64,000 nucleotides of DNA from Podospora anserina (taxonomy: Eukaryota): positions 3,038,001 to 3,102,000 of the forward strand of contig CM030336.1 in NCBI GenBank assembly GCA_017654855.1. The letters run 5' to 3'. A program made the translations under genes and the position numbers. This document shows, piece by piece, positions 60,913-64,000 of the stretch. Numbering within the stretch: the stretch's first letter is position 1; each line of letters starts with the position of its first letter. The notes under the pieces were generated by a model that saw only the letters and a program-made list of their open reading frames with translations, did no database searches and had not been told where the DNA came from.

Positions 60913-61989
60913 ATGGCCCGTCTTCAGGACCTCCCCGTGGAGCTTCTTACAAAGATTGTCGAGGATTTCTGCTGGTGTCGATCACCTCCGCCTCACGCCG
61001 ATTGCCATTGTCTGACGATACGGTGCGAAGCCCATCTTGGCAGAGAGGAGACTGGCCTCGAGGCTGATTATGAGACGCTTGCCGCACTCTGCTTGACGTC
61101 CAAGCTGTTCAACGATCTCGCCACAAAGCACTTGTACCACTACATCCCGGATCTCGACTCGGACGCTCAGTGGTGGCTGCTCCTTCGAACACTGGTTACT
61201 CGCCGTGACCTTGGCCAACATGTCCGATCACTAGACATAGTGACCCGGGATTATAAAACGACACCAGACTACCCAGAAGTCGAAAGATATCTGCAGGACC
61301 AGGTGAAAGCCTTGCAAGATCGGCGGGTAGAGGCTGGCGGAAAACTCTCACCATGGGAAGAAGGGGAATTCAGCACTGGGGCGAGCAACTATCTAATCAG
61401 TCTCTTGACATCTTTGTGTCCCAACGTGGAGAGCATTCGCGCCCGGCTCACCGGGGATTCCTTCGATTTCTGTGGCGCTCAGACGATGTCGATGTTGAAA
61501 AAGGTTGCGTTCGAGTGGTACGATACAGAAGGCGGAATCTGTCTTGCTGGTCTCCGAAACCTTCTTCAGGCCGCTCCCAGCATTGAGAGCATGATAATCT
61601 CACCCTTCAGTCAGGAGGATGACGACAAGCTTGAGTTGACACTGAACAAACTCACCTATTTGGAACTGAGGCACTCCATGGTGGGGGCTGGAGCCTTGGA
61701 TTCCATCTACAAGTTGTGCCCAAACCTCGAGATATTCAAGTATGAGACCGGGGACGCCTGCATTGGCTATGAGCAGTTTGCACCCCAGGACCTTCAGCGG
61801 GCGACTCTGAACCATGCTCGGAAGCTCAGGATGCTGATGATGAAGGAGGGCCCTGGCAGATGGGAAGAATTGTATGAAGACCATGTGCATCCGGGCGTGT
61901 ACGAAGATGCCTTGGTGGAATTGGATGCTGCACTGAAGGCTCGGGGGATTGAGTGCAGGATAACGCCGTTGGAGGACGAAAGTGTATAG
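60913..61989 (+). CDS. F-box-like/LRR-like protein
   Basis: MARLQDLPVELLTKIV...LAALCLTSK...ATKHLYH...LLRTLVTRRDLGQHVRSL; CPNVESI, CPNLEIF. Confidence 0.8.
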   Translation: MARLQDLPVELLTKIVEDFCWCRSPPPHADCHCLTIRCEAHLGREETGLEADYETLAALCLTSKLFNDLATKHLYHYIPDLDSDAQWWLLLRTLVTRRDLGQHVRSLDIVTRDYKTTPDYPEVERYLQDQVKALQDRRVEAGGKLSPWEEGEFSTGASNYLISLLTSLCPNVESIRARLTGDSFDFCGAQTMSMLKKVAFEWYDTEGGICLAGLRNLLQAAPSIESMIISPFSQEDDDKLELTLNKLTYLELRHSMVGAGALDSIYKLCPNLEIFKYETGDACIGYEQFAPQDLQRATLNHARKLRMLMMKEGPGRWEELYEDHVHPGVYEDALVELDAALKARGIECRITPLEDESV

Positions 61990-62170
61990 ATACCTCGGTA
62001 GGACTAAGATCAAACGTTTGCCAGGTGTCAACCCACTTCGGCCATGGCTGCGTGGGTGTTTAGCATTGGTGGCTTTGGGGCACATGTCGGCAGCATTCCA
62101 TGTCCAAAGTGTTCCTGCAACCCCTCACCTTCAATCTCCTCCTCCAACCTCCCGTCAGCCAGCCGCAACA

Positions 62171-63111
62171 ATGGCCGGCTTCCTGGATCTCCCTCTCGAG
62201 CTTGTTACAATGATCGTTGAGCAGCTTTGCAAGGACAGCAACTTCGACAACCGGTGCACCCATGCCCTCGCTTCTGTTTGCCTGACATGCAGACTTCTCA
62301 ACAACTTTGGCACAAAACACCTATACCACGATCTCAAGTGTATCCAGACTTTTGGTCATTGCTCATCCGGACACTCATCAAACGCCCTGATCTTGCACAA
62401 CATGTTCGCTCCGCCTGGGTACAAGTTCAGTTACCTGTGGACTGCCCGCCCGACGTCATAACCTACTTTCAAGAGCGAATTGAAAACGCCCATCCAGGCT
62501 GGGAAACAGAGTATATGTTTAAAAAGAGCCCATATCAGTCCGCAGCTGCCATGCTCGCAAGTCTTTGCCCCAATCTGGAAACCCCTAGGGGCCCAGATGC
62601 ATCATTGGAGCACGTTCCACTTTTGTCTTCCCAACACCCTGACGAGACTGAGGAGGGTTCAATTCTGGCATTGGAGCTTCAACCGGGGCGAACGGGGACC
62701 TGAGCGTCTTCTCCTCCTGATTCAAGCAGCACCCAATATTCAAGAAATGTCCCTCTCCGGGGTGTACGATGACGTGGATGGGGGTCTTGAAGGGCGAGTC
62801 CTTGACAAACTTACCCACCCAAAAATAGATTTCTGGCCAACGTGTTTACCATGGCCCCTAAACTCCACACTCTAGAGTACACGCCACATTCGGATAATGC
62901 GTGTCACGGAAGAAGACACTTTGGACCGCAGGAATTTCTGGACGTCACACTGAGACATGTCCCAAACCTCAAACACGTGGTCCTTGAAGACGTTGATGAG
63001 AGGGCACGAGCTGCGAAAATCCGGGACGAGAGTTAGTTCGACAACCAGATCAACAATCTGAAGGTTGGAATGGAGAAGCTGGGCATTGACTTGACGTTGA
63101 GTGAGTCTTGA
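62171..63111 (+). pseudogene. Decayed tandem paralogue of the 60913-61989 gene
   Basis: MAGFLDLPLELVTMIV...LASVCLTCR...TKHLYH / LLIRTLIKRPDLAQHVRS / LASLCPNLE. Frameshifts ~62335, ~62583, ~62840; in-frame TAG 63034-63036; tail MEKLGID aligns with LKARGIE. Confidence 0.8.
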
Positions 63112-63215
63112 GTCTTGTGTTGGAGATTGGATTGGGGAAAGTCTATTCAGATCTTTGCATGTATTTAGATTAGACGTCTTGGTCAATACACACAGCCGTG
63201 TCTACACCTCTCTTC

Positions 63216-64000
63216 TCACAAACTCTTCCCCGAAGTCCAAGTGACATCCTTAACGTCCCCAACCCAGGCATAACTCGGATTCTCAGTGTAGCAATAGTCG
63301 ACCACGCCCACCGGCTCAGGAATCGTTAGCTCCTCGCCTTCCCCGAGCGGCTCGTCGGTGTACTCCCTATGCTCGACCTTTTCGCAGACAATGTTGCTGT
63401 TGACGGTGGCGGTCGACACTCCCGAGAAGCGGACCCTAAAGCAAACCCAACATAAGCATCATGGTCAAAAAGAAAGAAAAAAAAACTAAAGAAAAAACTA
63501 GAAAAGAAAAACTCACGGATTCTCGGCATCCAACTCCAAACACTCCCACTCAGCCCTCAAACTCAACTCCTTCCTCCCCTCATCCCACCTAAACTGGCAT
63601 TTGTATGGCCACAACGGCCCCTCGGGAACCTGAGCACCACCATCATACCCCATCTCGCACTCCCACCACCCATCCCCGGCAGACTTGCCCTGGTAAACAG
63701 GATTAGGATATCTAAACCCCCTGTTTGTCTGGAGGATAATCTCAAACGATATCGAGCCGTTGTAGGTACTGAAATACGAAAACTGCCATTTGGGACTGTA
63801 GATCGAGGAGAGTGTGCACGAGTCTTGGGTGGCAGGGACGGGGTCCTCGATGGAGTACGGCTGGAGGGTGACGATCGTGCCGAGGGTGCCTGTGAGGGAA
63901 ACGGTCGAGTCGGTCGTGGGGACTGTGCAGAATTTCTTGAGGTGGGTGGGCGAGGAGGGGATAGGCTCTGTAGTGCATAAGAGGGGGAGGGGGAGGGTTC
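63216..64000 (-). CDS. 3' part of a hypothetical Cys/Trp-containing protein (start outside window)
   Basis: Open frame from the window end: ...CTLSSIYSPKWQFSYF...WWECEMG...WPYKCQFRWD..LSLRAEWECLELDAENP, intron 63436-63516, then VRFSGVSTATV...TWTSGKSL*. Confidence 0.7.

Overview
Eukaryotic, intron-containing fungal DNA. Short GT..CTRAC..AG introns, the gene content and C/G-skewed genes suggest a Sordariales ascomycete, possibly Podospora-like (inference). I can support about 27 protein-coding genes. These include a D-2-hydroxyacid dehydrogenase, a GFA protein, two small secreted Cys-rich proteins, EI24/RRT8, a Zn2Cys6 TF, a giant mucin-like protein and a CFEM/PTH11 receptor. Also present are DUF1857, an ammonium transporter, two MFS transporters, a methyltransferase, an ENA P-type ATPase, a CBM1-GH10 xylanase, MetRS, a tannase and several F-box/2EXR-like genes. 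There are 3 tRNAs (Leu-AAG, Gly-TCC, Ile-AAT) and several pseudogenes or relics. The most unusual items are: (1) a non-LTR reverse-transcriptase-derived locus with three canonical spliceosomal intron signatures; (2) an AT-rich foldback-like element built from 21-bp units in alternating orientation; (3) a divergent MetRS with a 1-nt frameshift after its start codon and a GC-AG intron; (4) a heavily decayed NACHT/ankyrin-like NLR relic between two divergent small secreted protein genes; (5) a birth-and-death set of F-box-like genes. Everything was read by eye with no database searches, and exon borders are inferred from splice motifs.
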